NCBI GenBank assembly: GCA_002269645.1
Contig: NIVC01001026.1
Coordinates: forward strand, 1 to 33,438
Reading direction: 5' to 3'
Origin: Macrostomum lignano
Taxonomy: Eukaryota
DNA: 33,438 nucleotides
The notes under the pieces were generated by a model that worked only from the letters and a program-made list of their open reading frames with translations, ran no database searches and had not been told where the DNA came from. The position numbers were made by a program, and so were the translations under genes. This document shows, piece after piece, positions 15,621 through 27,287 of the stretch (position 1 is its first letter; each line of letters starts with the position of its first letter).

Positions 15621-18402
15621 ACTTAGGAAATAATAAGAAAGACCATGAAACAATTTTTCAAGCAATCAATTTCACCCACCCTAACATCAAATTCACCTTC
15701 AAATCTAGGTTTATTTTTTGGGCCATATGGGGTTTTTTGGCCCCTTTCCAATCGCATTGGCAACTGGATTTTTGGCATCAGAGGCCAATCTGGCAACTTC
15801 ATTTCCTTGTGCCAGTTGCCACTTTTAGAAAATGATTTTGCAAGTGTAATAAAAGTGCCATATGAATCTAAGTTGAGGTAAATACTAAGTTGCAAAAATT
15901 GACAATGTCAATAACAAGTCCCAGACAGTCTCATTCCCATAGTCATACAGTGCATACATGTTTAATGAGCCTCGGAAATATCTATCCTCAAGAATGTGGC
16001 TTGTTGCCAATTGCTTTTTCATTGGCTATTAGAAGAGCTTATTAGAATTTTTTTTCCATACCAGTTAAAGATTTCTCATTTTCTTTCTTCCTTTTTTTAT
16101 TTTTACCTACTTGACTATCAATAAAATAAAGAATTTATTAACTGTCATTACTCTGAACTCTTCTTCCTGTGATCTATTATACTCTACACTTAGATTTCTT
16201 ACTACTTCATTTGAACTATACTTCAAACATATTCTGCTCTATACAAGAATTTATAATATTAATATGAGAAGAGGGCAGCATCTTAGCATAGCACAGAAGC
16301 TCTAAATAGAATGAATCTTTTTTGTAGAAGGAAAGTATCAAAGTTATTAGTGCACTTTTAAGTTCTTCTATATAGTGTTCATTTGCATCTTATTAATACA
16401 GAGAATTAAAAAAATGGCAAAAGAACTACCAGTAAAAAATTGTATCTAAGACAGGCTATATTTATTGACAAATTAATCAAAAGTCTAATAGTTGAATTTA
16501 TGCAAGGGCTGCTTGAAAATTGAATTAGAGTTTGATATTAAACTATCTATTTATATAATTAAGAGAATTAGACAAAATTTCTACATGTTGTCTTCGAATG
16601 ATGGGTTATAATAACATAAAAACTTGGTCTTCTTGTAAGAAAAAGTCCAACTTTTGGAAAATCAAGGCTTCTTGTAAGATCGAGGGATGCAGACGACGGT
16701 ATGAATTTGCCATGAAGAATCCGCTGACGGGTGACTCTGAATGGAAATTTTTAGTCCAAGTTTCAGGAAAGTTTTGCCACCAAATGTCACCACGTAGCTC
16801 TTTTTGAAGGACTACTGAAGAAGAAAAACAAGAGTTTATAGAAGCCATTTCAATTCATGGCTCAAGGGATATCTATCAAATGAATTTACTTGCAATGGGA
16901 AACCGCCGACACATGTGTTCAAGAAATTTTGACAAAATTAAATCATTAAATGTAATGAAGAATATAAATGCACAAATTGTGTTGTTACATATGGAAACTA
17001 ATCAATAACAACTCCGTTGATAGCAACCAAGGTTTTTGTGCCATTTGTCAAGCAGAAGAGCCACCAAAAGCAGACAGTGCAGCAACAATTGATTGGGTGA
17101 GTTGTAAAATTCTTGTACGTATAAATACCTCTGTGCCAAATATCAATAGACATATACGTCACTTTACCTTTACTTCTTGTATATGCATTATGGAGATAGG
17201 AACATCAGTTTTTCTCAAATAGTTCTTGAGCATAAAGCCTTGAGTCTGGTTTGAGTTATGATAATTGCTTAGTGTCTGGGTGAAGTCCTACATGTCAATT
17301 TTCAACAACAAAGAGCAAGCAGAAATACTCAAAATCAAATATCAATTGATTAAACTGTGGATATAGGGAAGCACCAATTTTTGGCAAATTGTAAAAAATT
17401 CTTTCAATCTGTAGCCGTAACTTTCTTTTAAACTGGTTTATCTTGTGGGTGATGTTTTTTCTGTAAAAAAATCATGGCATTTGATACTTTAAAAGCAGAG
17501 ATTTTTGTTAATTCTGAGTATTGATATTAAATATTGCTTGGGGAATCCCTGCATCCCAAAAATGTTCCCGCTTGCATGGTGCATCGGGGAGACTATGGTG
17601 TTTGATGGTTGTAATTACATTTACATGTACATTATACCCCACTCCCAAATCGTATATATACACTAGAGAATTCTGGCTATAATGGACATGAAAAATTGTT
17701 GGCATAAAGTATTTGGTGTATAGAACAATCTGCCAGAACAGAGCTGGTGTATGGCGTAGATTTTGGTGTATGTATGAAAGACCCAAAATGTCATAATGCA
17801 AGAAAGGGTCCTATATAGTTGCGATGCAAAAAAGGTTTTTTATTGTTGCAATGCAAAAAAGGTCCTTGATTAGGCCTATTGCAATGGCTTTTTGATACTT
17901 TCTGGTGTATAATATATATAATCATCTGCTATTGATGATTTAATCTAGTAGGCTAGGCTCATTGTCAATGACAATAGTTTTGATTACATAAAATAGCCAT
18001 AATAAAGCAAGATGCAATCAGACAATCTTGTATAGAACATAGAAGAAGAATGTCTATAAATGGTCAAAAAGACAAAGATAAGCAATAAACAAGAAATTTA
18101 AATAGTCGTGCGTTTACATTCGCAACACTGAGTTTTTTAATGTAAACAGTGTTTTGAGCATATCAGTTAGAGCCACGGATCGAGCTGGCTTTCCACGAAA
18201 TTTTACGCTGCGTTGTACAAATTTAAATTTCGTGATTAATATGTTGCAGTTGAAAATATCAACCCGGAAAAACTGTAAATCGGGGTTCTTTTTGTAAAAT
18301 GGATATTTAAATCGGCTAAAAACTTGTCATAATGGTTAAATTTTCTCTATAATTTTTTACGTCGTACAGTTTCTACATCCAAAAGATAGAAGTAAAAGGC
18401 TC

Positions 18403-18822
18403 TTCATATTGCTTGTTCTGGTTCTAGAACCAGAACCAATTTGTAAAGTATAACTTTTTGTCTCCTAAACTAGAGAGATATTAGTGCTTTAAAATTGTGA
18501 TCATTGAATGGCAATATTCTGGATCGATCGCCGTGAAGAGGCTCTAAGTCTTTATAGCCTATGGGCCTTTTCATATTGCTTGCTCTGGTTCCAGAACCAG
18601 AACCAATTTGTGAAGTATAACTTTTTGTCTCCATAACTAGAGGGAGATACGTGCTATAAAGTTTTTATTATTGAATGACAATCGCCAAGAAGAAAGTGAA
18701 AAATTGTGCTAAGTTAGGTTGTCAAGGCAGTCAAATATTAACAGAGTTTAATAGTTATACTGCTGTTTTTCTTGGAATTCCGAACCGATTCTGGTTCTGG
18801 AATTGGTAATATGAAAAGGCCC
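18403..18822. repeat. Two ~110-bp direct repeats (period 167) plus an inverted partial copy
   Basis: ttcatattgcttg...agaaccagaaccaatttgt at 18403 and 18570; inverted partial copy at 18789-18822. Confidence 0.75.
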
Positions 18823-19662
18823 TATGATGACGAAATACTTTTCCTAGAAATAGGTCGACGGCCAACCTACACTACATTGTTATCAGCGAAACTATTAGGC
18901 CCCTAGGCTAGGCATAGGCCCCGCCCTAGCCAATCTCTCCGTAGGCTTACGGTTACGGCCTTATAGTCAGCCTGTCAGTATGCCCTAATACTCGTAGAGC
19001 TGAGAACTAAAGTCCAATTTCCGGATGCGATTTGGAAAGTTGCGATAGGCCTATTAGGCCTATATAACATCCCGGCCTGGGCCTATTGCCTTGGAGTTGG
19101 CATTGCTAAAAAGCTTGCCTATTTCTTTTTCGCTGGTGCTAGGATGCAAAATTGCATTCAAGGTCTAATTTGAGGATGCAATTTTGACAGTCAGGACTCA
19201 GGATCAGGATGGAATATAGCATCCTTATTGCATTGCATAAAAAATAAATCTAGGCCTAATCTAAACTATTATGACTTATGTCATGACGATTCTTTTAGCC
19301 TAAGTATTTTACTGACTTCCTAATATAAAAATCCAGAAAATTTGCAGTTTTCCCATATAAGTTTTGATGTTGACTTGGCAGTATTGTAGGAGTTCACTTG
19401 CAACATACATACAGACAGACAAACAACATGTCAGTTTTAGTATTAGGAAGGATTTTTGGATTTTTGGATATGGCAGCTATATCCTTAGTATCATACTTAG
19501 GGATATAGCAGATATAGCCTTCTAAGAAAGAGCACTTTTCATATGATTTATAGGCAATTTCTATTTTATTGAAGATTCATATACTAAAAACTTATTTCAT
19601 AAAAGCCATTTGCTGAACTTTTAAAAGTAGTATAATAAACCTTTGCATACGTTCCAATATTA

Positions 19663-20968
19663 CAAGAGTCACTCAGAAAGTCTTTAGCCTAAGTAGGATA
19701 GGATCCACAAGACATAGAAGCATGAAATTTTTCTATGGTAAAGACTAACTTTTAAAAGTATCGCAGCAAAATTTTCAAATAGAAGCAGCCACTTTTAAGT
19801 CCACTGCAGCGAGTTAAAGTCAGTTCACCCCTGAGTTCTTCAATTCAACAATGAAGCTAGAAAATTGCAACTTCAGAGCAATGATGTACTTGCACTTTAA
19901 GCAAGGCAATTTGCTGGCAGATTCGTATCAAACTTTACAGAATGTTTTCATCTATCTAATGTCCTTCATACGCAACTGTCAAAAACTGGTTTGCTGAGTT
20001 TCGCCGAGGTCATGAAAGCCTCGAAGATGAACATCAATCTGGGAGACCCTGTGACACAGTGACTCCAGAAAATATCTGCACTATGTCCAGCATGATTGCC
20101 GCAACCGGCGAGTGACCTACCAGCAGATCCAGCAGGAGATTGGATCGGGGAGTGTGCATGCTATTCTGCATTAACACCTTGGAATGCAGAAGCTGGCTTC
20201 CTGGTGGATCCCCCATCAGCTGTCTGACGTGCAGAAGGACACCAGGGTGGCTTGGTGCCAATTCATGCTGCAGAAATTCAAATCTAGGACAGCTGGTGTA
20301 TCTGGGACATCCACACGGGCGATTAGACCTGGATTTATCAATACAACCCCGAAAGCAAGTGCCAGTCAGCCATGTGGACCTTTGGAGATGAGGACAGCCC
20401 CACCAAGTTTTGACGCAGCTGGAGTGTTGGCAAGCAGATGGTGGCCTGTTTCTTCATGCGCACTGGGCATGTGGCTTCTGTTTCACTTGAAGATCGCCAG
20501 ACAGTCACTGCTGACTGGTACACAACAGTTTGCCTACCCAAAGTCTTTTCTGCTATGAGCCAGAGGCGCCCAAGGTGCGGAATGCGCGGGTGCTTCTGCA
20601 CCATGACAACGCCAGTGTGCACATGGCGGCTCAAACTCTCGAGTTTCTGGCTGACTGTGGGGTCCAGCTGATGACTCACCCTGCGTACAGTCCAGACCTG
20701 GCACCGTGCAACTTTTTTCTGTTTCCAAAGTGCAAGGAGATTCTGAAGGGCCAGGTCTTTTCTTCACCGGAAGAAGCTGTAAATGAATTCAAAAACATCA
20801 TCGAGGAGTTCTGGGATGAGGATTGGCAGCATTGCTTCAACAGCTGGTTTCACAGGATGCAAGCCTGTATCAATGCCGGTGGAGAGTATTTTGAGCACTT
20901 GTAGTCGTTTTTTAGTTCATTTGTTGCTGTCTTCTTGTTCAGGCTAAGAACTTTCTGAGTGACCCTAG
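19663..20968 (+). mobile_element. Full-length mariner (Tc1/mariner) DNA transposon, about 1.3 kb, inactive
   Basis: TIRs tacaagagtcactcagaaagtctttagcct (19661-19690) and aggctaagaactttctgagtgaccctagta (20941-20970) match at 26/30 including the TA target duplication. Confidence 0.92.
19851..20904 (+). pseudogene. Mariner transposase pseudogene
   Basis: MKLENCNFRAMMYLHFKQG start, WIPHQLS, TGD*TW (stop at 20324-20326), YNPESKCQS, LLHHDNA, YSPDLAPCNFFLF; several frameshifts; D34N in place of D34D. Confidence 0.92.
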
Positions 20969-21342
20969 TATACAATTATGATATAATTGTTTATGTACAA
21001 TGTACCAAAGTAGATTAAACCTGTAGTCTCTAACATTCTAGTAATAACAATAGGCCCCACAACTAGGTACCAAAATGACTTGACATAACAAAATGGCTAG
21101 CACCAGTGTCTAATTTCTAATGTCCACTATTTGCTATCTTATGCATCAATTAGCAATGATATATAGTTATTATATTCTATTATGTTTTGTCATAGTGTCT
21201 TTACCCATCCTTGAATGCTATGCATATTTCATATATAGGATATCCTGTTTTGCTTTGCTTTTGGACATTGTACAATTCTTTGTCATTGCAAAACCTTTTT
21301 GTTCCTGATTTCAGAGCCACCTTTATTATTCACACTAAAGTC

Positions 21343-23942
21343 ATGCAACCTTTAAAGTTTAATAAAGTTTACCATCAACTGATGCAGCAGCTGTTTCCAT
21401 GGCAACAGCATTATGCCCGTCAGCTGGCCACTGCTTGCAGCAGCAGCAGCAGCAATAGTAGCACCTTCCGCTTTGCCGATTTAGAAACTGAGCTAACCAA
21501 GGAGCCGCAAACCCGACCATCCTCAGTTGACAGCCTGGTGTTCGGCACCCAGTTCTCTGACCACATGCTGGTCGCGCGTCACACAGGACCAACTGGCTGG
21601 TCGCGGCCTCGCATCGAACCAATCCGCTGCCTGCCGCTGCACCCAGCTACAAAGGCGCTGCACTACGCCCTGGAATGCTTTGAAGGTTTGAAAGCCTACT
21701 GGGGTGTGGACGGTCGGGTGCGACTATTCCGGCCGCTGGAGAACATGAAGAGACTGCGGGCTAGTGCGGAACGGGCCACCCTGGCCAGCTTTGATCCGGG
21801 CGAACTGCTCGACTGTTTGCGTCAGCTGGTGCGCACCGACCTGGCTTGGGTGCCGCGCTCTCAGGAAGGCGCACTGTACATCCGGCCTGCTATGATAGCG
21901 TCGGAGCCGCGAATTGCCATTGGCCCGGCTGAGGAGACCACGCTGTACGTGTTTTTTATCGGGGGATATTTCGTACGAGACGTACATTTGCTTCTTAATA
22001 TCATAAGTCTAAAAATTATGATAACAAACAAATTGCAACAAATAGGAATCTTCACAAACTAGTCATCAATTGCAACAAATAAGAATCTTCACAAACTAGT
22101 CATCAGTTGCAACAAATAGGAATCTTCACAAACTAGTCATCAATTGCAACAAATAAGAATCTTCACAAACTAGTCATCAATTGCAACAAATAGGAATCTT
22201 CACAAACTAGTCATCAATTGCAACAAATAGGAATCTTCACAAACTAGTCATCAATTGCAACAAATAAGAATCTTCACAAACTAGTCATCAATTGCAACAA
22301 ATAAGAATCTTCACAAACTAGTCATCAATTGCAACAAATAGGAATCTTCACAAACTAGTCATCAATTGCAACAAATAGGAATCTTCACAAACTAGTCATC
22401 AATTGCAAAAAAATATGAATCTTCACAAACTAGTCATCAATTGCAACAAATAGGAATCTTCACAAACTAGTCATCAATTGCAACAAATAGGAATCTTCAC
22501 AAACTAGTCATCAATTGCAACAAATAAGAATCTTCACAAACTAGTCATCAATTGCAACAAATAAGAATAAGAAACTGGTAAGCTCAAAAACTAGAAAGTT
22601 CACAAGCTAAAAGGTTCACCAACTAGTAAGTTCACAAGCTAGAAAGTTCATAAACTAGAAAGTTCACTAACTAGTAAGCTCACAAACTAGAAAGTTCACT
22701 AACTAGTAAGCTCACAAACTAGAAAGTTCACAAACTAGTAAGCTCACAAACTAGAAAGTTCACAAACTAGTAAGCTCACAAACTAGAAAGTTCACAAACT
22801 AGTAAGCTCACAAACTAGAAAGTTCACAAACTAGTAAGCTCACAAACTAGAAAGTTCACAAACTAGTAAGCTCACAAACTAGAAAGTTCACAAACTAGTA
22901 AGCTCACAAACTAGAAAGTTCACAAACTAGTAAGCTCACAAACTAGAAAGTTCACAAACTAGTAAGCTCACAAACTAGAAAGTTCACAAACTAGTAAGCT
23001 CACAAACTAGAAAGTTCACAAACTAGTAAGCTCACAAACTAGAAAGTTCACAAACTAGAAAGTTCACAAACTAGTAAGCTCACAAACTAGAAAGTTCACA
23101 AACTAGTATTTTTACCGAGTAAAAACTAGGCTTCAAAAAACAGGAAATCTCTCGTTTTTTAAAGTGAACCCTGCTTAAAGTAGCCTTACTCTTGGTTATA
23201 ATAAAATAAACAAGTTATGATGAGGAAAAAGTCTCAAAACGGTTGCTGAGGCTGAGACAAAAATACTATTATACGCTACTTAAAGTAGCAACTCTGAAAG
23301 GTCTACACCGGTTTTTGTTTCAGATTTATCATCACCGGTCCGGTTGGGCCCTACTATCCGACAGGGTTCAAACCGGTGACCCTGCTAGCTGATCCGGAAT
23401 TCGCCCGGGCCTGGCCTGGCGGCGCTGGCAGAAGCAAGATGGGCTCGAACTACGGACCGACGTGTCGGATCCAGTTGCTAGCCGCTGAGCAGGGCTGCCA
23501 GCAGGTCCTGTGGCTGTTCGGGCCCGAGCACCGGATCACGGAGGTTGGCACTATGAATGTGTTCCTGTTCTGGCGCTGTCCGAGCTCTGGCCGGCCGCAG
23601 CTGGTCACCCCAGCGCTCACTGAAGATCTCATTCTGCCCGGCATCACCCGGTCGAGCGTGCTAGAGCTGGCCCGCCAATGGGGAGACTGGGAAGTTATTG
23701 AGCGAAATGTCACTATGCCGGAGGTGGCGGACGCCATTCAATCTGGCCGCCTGTTGGAGATGTTCGGCTGCGGCACCGCCTGCGTGGTGAATCCGGTTGG
23801 TGCCATCCGCTATCAGGGCCAGCTGCTCCAGGTGCCAACTATGAGCGAAGGCGCCCCCGTTACTATGCGATTCTTCAAGGCGCTCACGGATATTCAATAC
23901 GGCCGGATTCCGCAGCATCCCTGGGCTGATATTGTTGCTTAG
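21343..23942 (+). CDS. BCAT: Branched-chain amino acid aminotransferase with an N-terminal extension resembling a mitochondrial presequence. Exons 21343-21944 and 23324-23942.
   Basis: LVFGTQFSDHML, LHYALECFEGLKAY, LFRPLENMKRL, LYIRP, KMGSNYGPT (PLP lysine), EVGTMNVF, LILPGITRSSVLEL, EMFGCGTACVVNPV. The phase-2 junction CT|gtacgt...ttcag|A gives TTLFIITGPVGPYY; the frame is intact. Confidence 0.95.
22030..22567. repeat. 37-bp minisatellite, ~14 copies, BCAT intron
   Basis: Unit caattgcaacaaata(g/a)gaatcttcacaaactagtcat. Confidence 0.95.
22578..23107. repeat. 16-bp minisatellite organised as a 32-bp dimer, BCAT intron
   Basis: Alternating actagtaagctcacaa and actagaaagttcacaa. Confidence 0.95.
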
Positions 23943-24015
23943 GTTCGCTTGCCGTGACACTTAGCAAGATTGTGCGAATTTCACTTCAAGGCAAGGAAGC
24001 AAGGACCGTTAGAAT

Positions 24016-24781
24016 GCATCTCAGCAATTCCCTACATGAGCCTTGACATCTCAGCAATTCCCTTCGTGAGCCTTGACATCTCAGCAATTCCCTCCGTAAG
24101 CCTTGACATCTCAGCAATTCCCCATATGAGCCTTGACATCTCAGCAATTCCCTCCATAAGCCTTGACATCTCAGCAATTCCCCATATGAGCCTTGACATC
24201 TCAGCAATTCCCCAAATGAGCCTTGACATCTCAGCAATTCCCCATATGAGCCTTGACATCTCAGCAATTCCCCAAATGAGCTTTGACATCTCAGCAATTC
24301 CCCAAATGAGCCTTGACATCTCAGCAATTCCCCATATGAGCCTTGACATCTCAGCAATTCCCCAAATGAGCTTTGACATCTCAGCAATTCCCCAAATGAG
24401 CCTTGACATCTCAGCAATTCCCCAAATTAGCCTTGACATCTCAGCAATTCCCCAAATGAGCCTTGACATCTCAGCAATTCCCCATATGAGCCTTGACATC
24501 TCAGCAATTCCCCATATGAGCCTTGACATCTCAGCAATTCCCCAAATGAGCCTTGACATCTCAGCAATTCCCCATATGAGCCTTGACATCTCAGCAATTC
24601 CCCATATGAGCCTTGACATCTCAGCAATTCCCCATATGAGCCTTGACATCTCAGCAATTCCCCATATGAGCCTTGACATCTCAGCAATTCCCCATATGAG
24701 CCTTGACATCTCAGCAATTCCCCAAATGAGTCTTGACATCTCAGCAATTCCCCAAATGAGTCTTGACATCTCAGCAATTTT
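24016..24781. repeat. 30-bp minisatellite, ~25 copies, just downstream of the BCAT stop codon
   Basis: Unit gagccttgacatctcagcaattcccca(t/a)at. Confidence 0.95.
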
Positions 24782-27039
24782 CCTATGAGGCTTTTTATGG
24801 TTGACAGGTCAGTTCTTTTATTGTTGAAGCCTTAATCTCACAAAACTGTTAATATCTTACCTTCAGGACTTCTGATATGGTGTGTTCGAGCGGAGGTGTA
24901 TTTATAAGTTTTATTTTTTAAAACCTGTTGAAATTAGAAAAAAGCGACAGTATGGTGTGTACTCTGAACAGTTTTTTGCGGAATGCATTGCATCAAATAG
25001 GGTTTCACTATAGACGAACTAAAAAGAAGAAAACTTCATCTAGAAGAATATACATTAAAGAGATAGGAGAAACGATAACCTATCTTAGTTTCCTTGACCT
25101 TGTACTTTAGCTGCCCAAATTTCAAGCATTACGCTTGACACTATGCTCGTATCTGAGACTATTTGGTTGTGTTTGTTTTAGCAAAAAAGCTTTTTTATTG
25201 CCGTGCTCTGTTTGTTAGCTACTACTGATATTAGTCCTTGAGTGCTTTTTGTTTGTTTTGTCTAATTTTTTATGTTTTTAGCCTTAATGCTACATCTACT
25301 ACTCATTAAATAAAATAACTGCGTTTTTCTATCCTTTTTAGCTGGTTCTTGGGCATTCCAAGTCTTTAATTGACATTAAGATAGCTTAATAAAGTATTGT
25401 ATAGTAACAAGATTAAGTTTATTCTCCGTTTTCTGTGTAGAAAGTTATTTTTTATCTGCTCAAATTTTCAATCGACTTTCAAACCTACCGATAACAGATG
25501 AATCTTTCATTTAATTAAGAAATCTCGTTCCTTTTTTACTTGCGTTTTTATAATTTTATTTGTTTCTTATTAAGATCGTGCAATTTGATTGTGTTTTATT
25601 GTATTTCTATGCATAGTTTAGTAAACTAATGATAGATGACTGCTACTTAGTTATAAGTCTTTGTGCTAGAAATTTTGTCCTTTTTTCTAAATTGTTCTCA
25701 AAGCCAGCTATTAAATGTGTGCCAGTGCCGTATTTTTATTCCATTTTAGTTTTTTGTGTTTAGTTACTAATTAAATATACTAGTACATGTATATCATGTT
25801 GATTGGAGTGTGTAACATTTAGTTACGAGTGTATACACCACTGAACGTTTTTGTTCATACAAATCAACTTGAGATTTCGTCGCTTTTTAATTACTAAATA
25901 GTGGACATCAGGACTACAAACTGTAGTCTGCTCCTTATCACTTTTGCCATCTCTTCTGATAACTTTTGTAGATGAAGAGTGGACTGTTCAAAATCTGGGA
26001 TGAAATTGAATATATATTCTATAAATAAATAATAATAATAATTTTCTAAATGAAAATGTTCACGAATATCAATAGAGCTGAGCTATAAGAAAGGCAAGAC
26101 AAAAAACTTGAACATTGGATCTGCCTCTCGTCAAAAGCAATATCAATTTTTGTGCTGATGAAATGAAAACCTATCTCTGTAATGTAACTTTTAGATAAAA
26201 CCTGCCTCTTTAAATTTTCCAAGAAACACAGTGTCCCGTCGCGTCCTACTTGAGTAATGATTAGTCTTTATATACAGGAATATTCACATCGTATTTTAAC
26301 AAGCAGTTAAAAACGAGATCATTAAAATCAACGGTGTTAAAAAATACATCATTTATAACTAAGTAGCTGTACAAAACAAAAGTTTTCAAAAATGTTTTTT
26401 GTTAACTTCAAGAATTTTTTTTAATTATAAAAACACAATGCTTAGTTTCCTAACTTTGTAATAGAGAATCTTTTTATAGCGGTAAAGGCAATATTTAACA
26501 TGAAATTCTGCTTCATTTTTTTGTCGTCGTCGTAACTACACAGTCGCAGTTGTCTTCCTTGTTTTTTTGTAATTGTCGAGTAAACTTAACATTTAGTACT
26601 ACCAGTCCTACTTTGTTAAATATTGACAGATTAATTTATGTTCAAAGTGCAGGAATTTTTCATCGAAAATTAATGCGTTTTGATGATGACATAAAAATAA
26701 AATACTCTAATTTTAATTAATAATTTCTATATTTCATGATCATCTAATTGTAAGCCTCTCTTCAGAATGCTTAGAAAATATAAGCACACCGAAATGGACA
26801 GAAAAATTGGTTGCGTTGTATCTTGTAGCTGTCTTACTTTTTGTGAATTTAATAATTCAAAACCTAGCCTAGCCCCATCAATAAACTAACCAATGCAAGC
26901 TCTGCTGGTACAAATTTCTGAAATTTCAGTACAAAGTTGGTTTTGACTAGATCACTTCATGTATTATTTTGTTTTATTTAAATATCAGATATTGATAGTT
27001 TCTTTACAAAAACTGTCAGTTACTGAGTTACTGAACTTT

Positions 27040-27041
<2 letters not shown>

Positions 27042-27072
<31 letters not shown>
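27042..27072. repeat. (TA)n microsatellite about 215 bp upstream of the CEP128-like ATG
   Basis: Pure TA run of about 15 units. Confidence 0.9.
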
Positions 27073-27074
<2 letters not shown>

Positions 27075-27287
27075 ATTTAATTTTAATATATAGAGGTATC
27101 AAGAATATATGGGATTTCCTATAAAAGAGAAATTATTATTATCTTTATTCCACAATTTAAGATCCAAATAATTTTTTAATGGTCTTAATGAAATGCATGA
27201 GAAACAAAGAAAATCTATGACTTCACGGCCATGCTGATTTAGGCCTAGCTCACTGAAATTTCCAAGTGTGGCCACACTGTGCAAGCT

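Noticed and set aside
23970-24788. Long repetitive ORFs such as (SLDISAIPHM)n and its antisense equivalents
   Set aside because: By-product of a 30-bp unit with no stop codon. The same applies to ORFs at 2776-3141, 9459-9905, 31120-32323 and 32658-33430.
24870-27280. Possible gene or element in the AT-rich BCAT-CEP128 spacer
   Set aside because: Only short low-complexity ORFs; no motifs, TIRs or repeats that I can support beyond the (TA)n tract.
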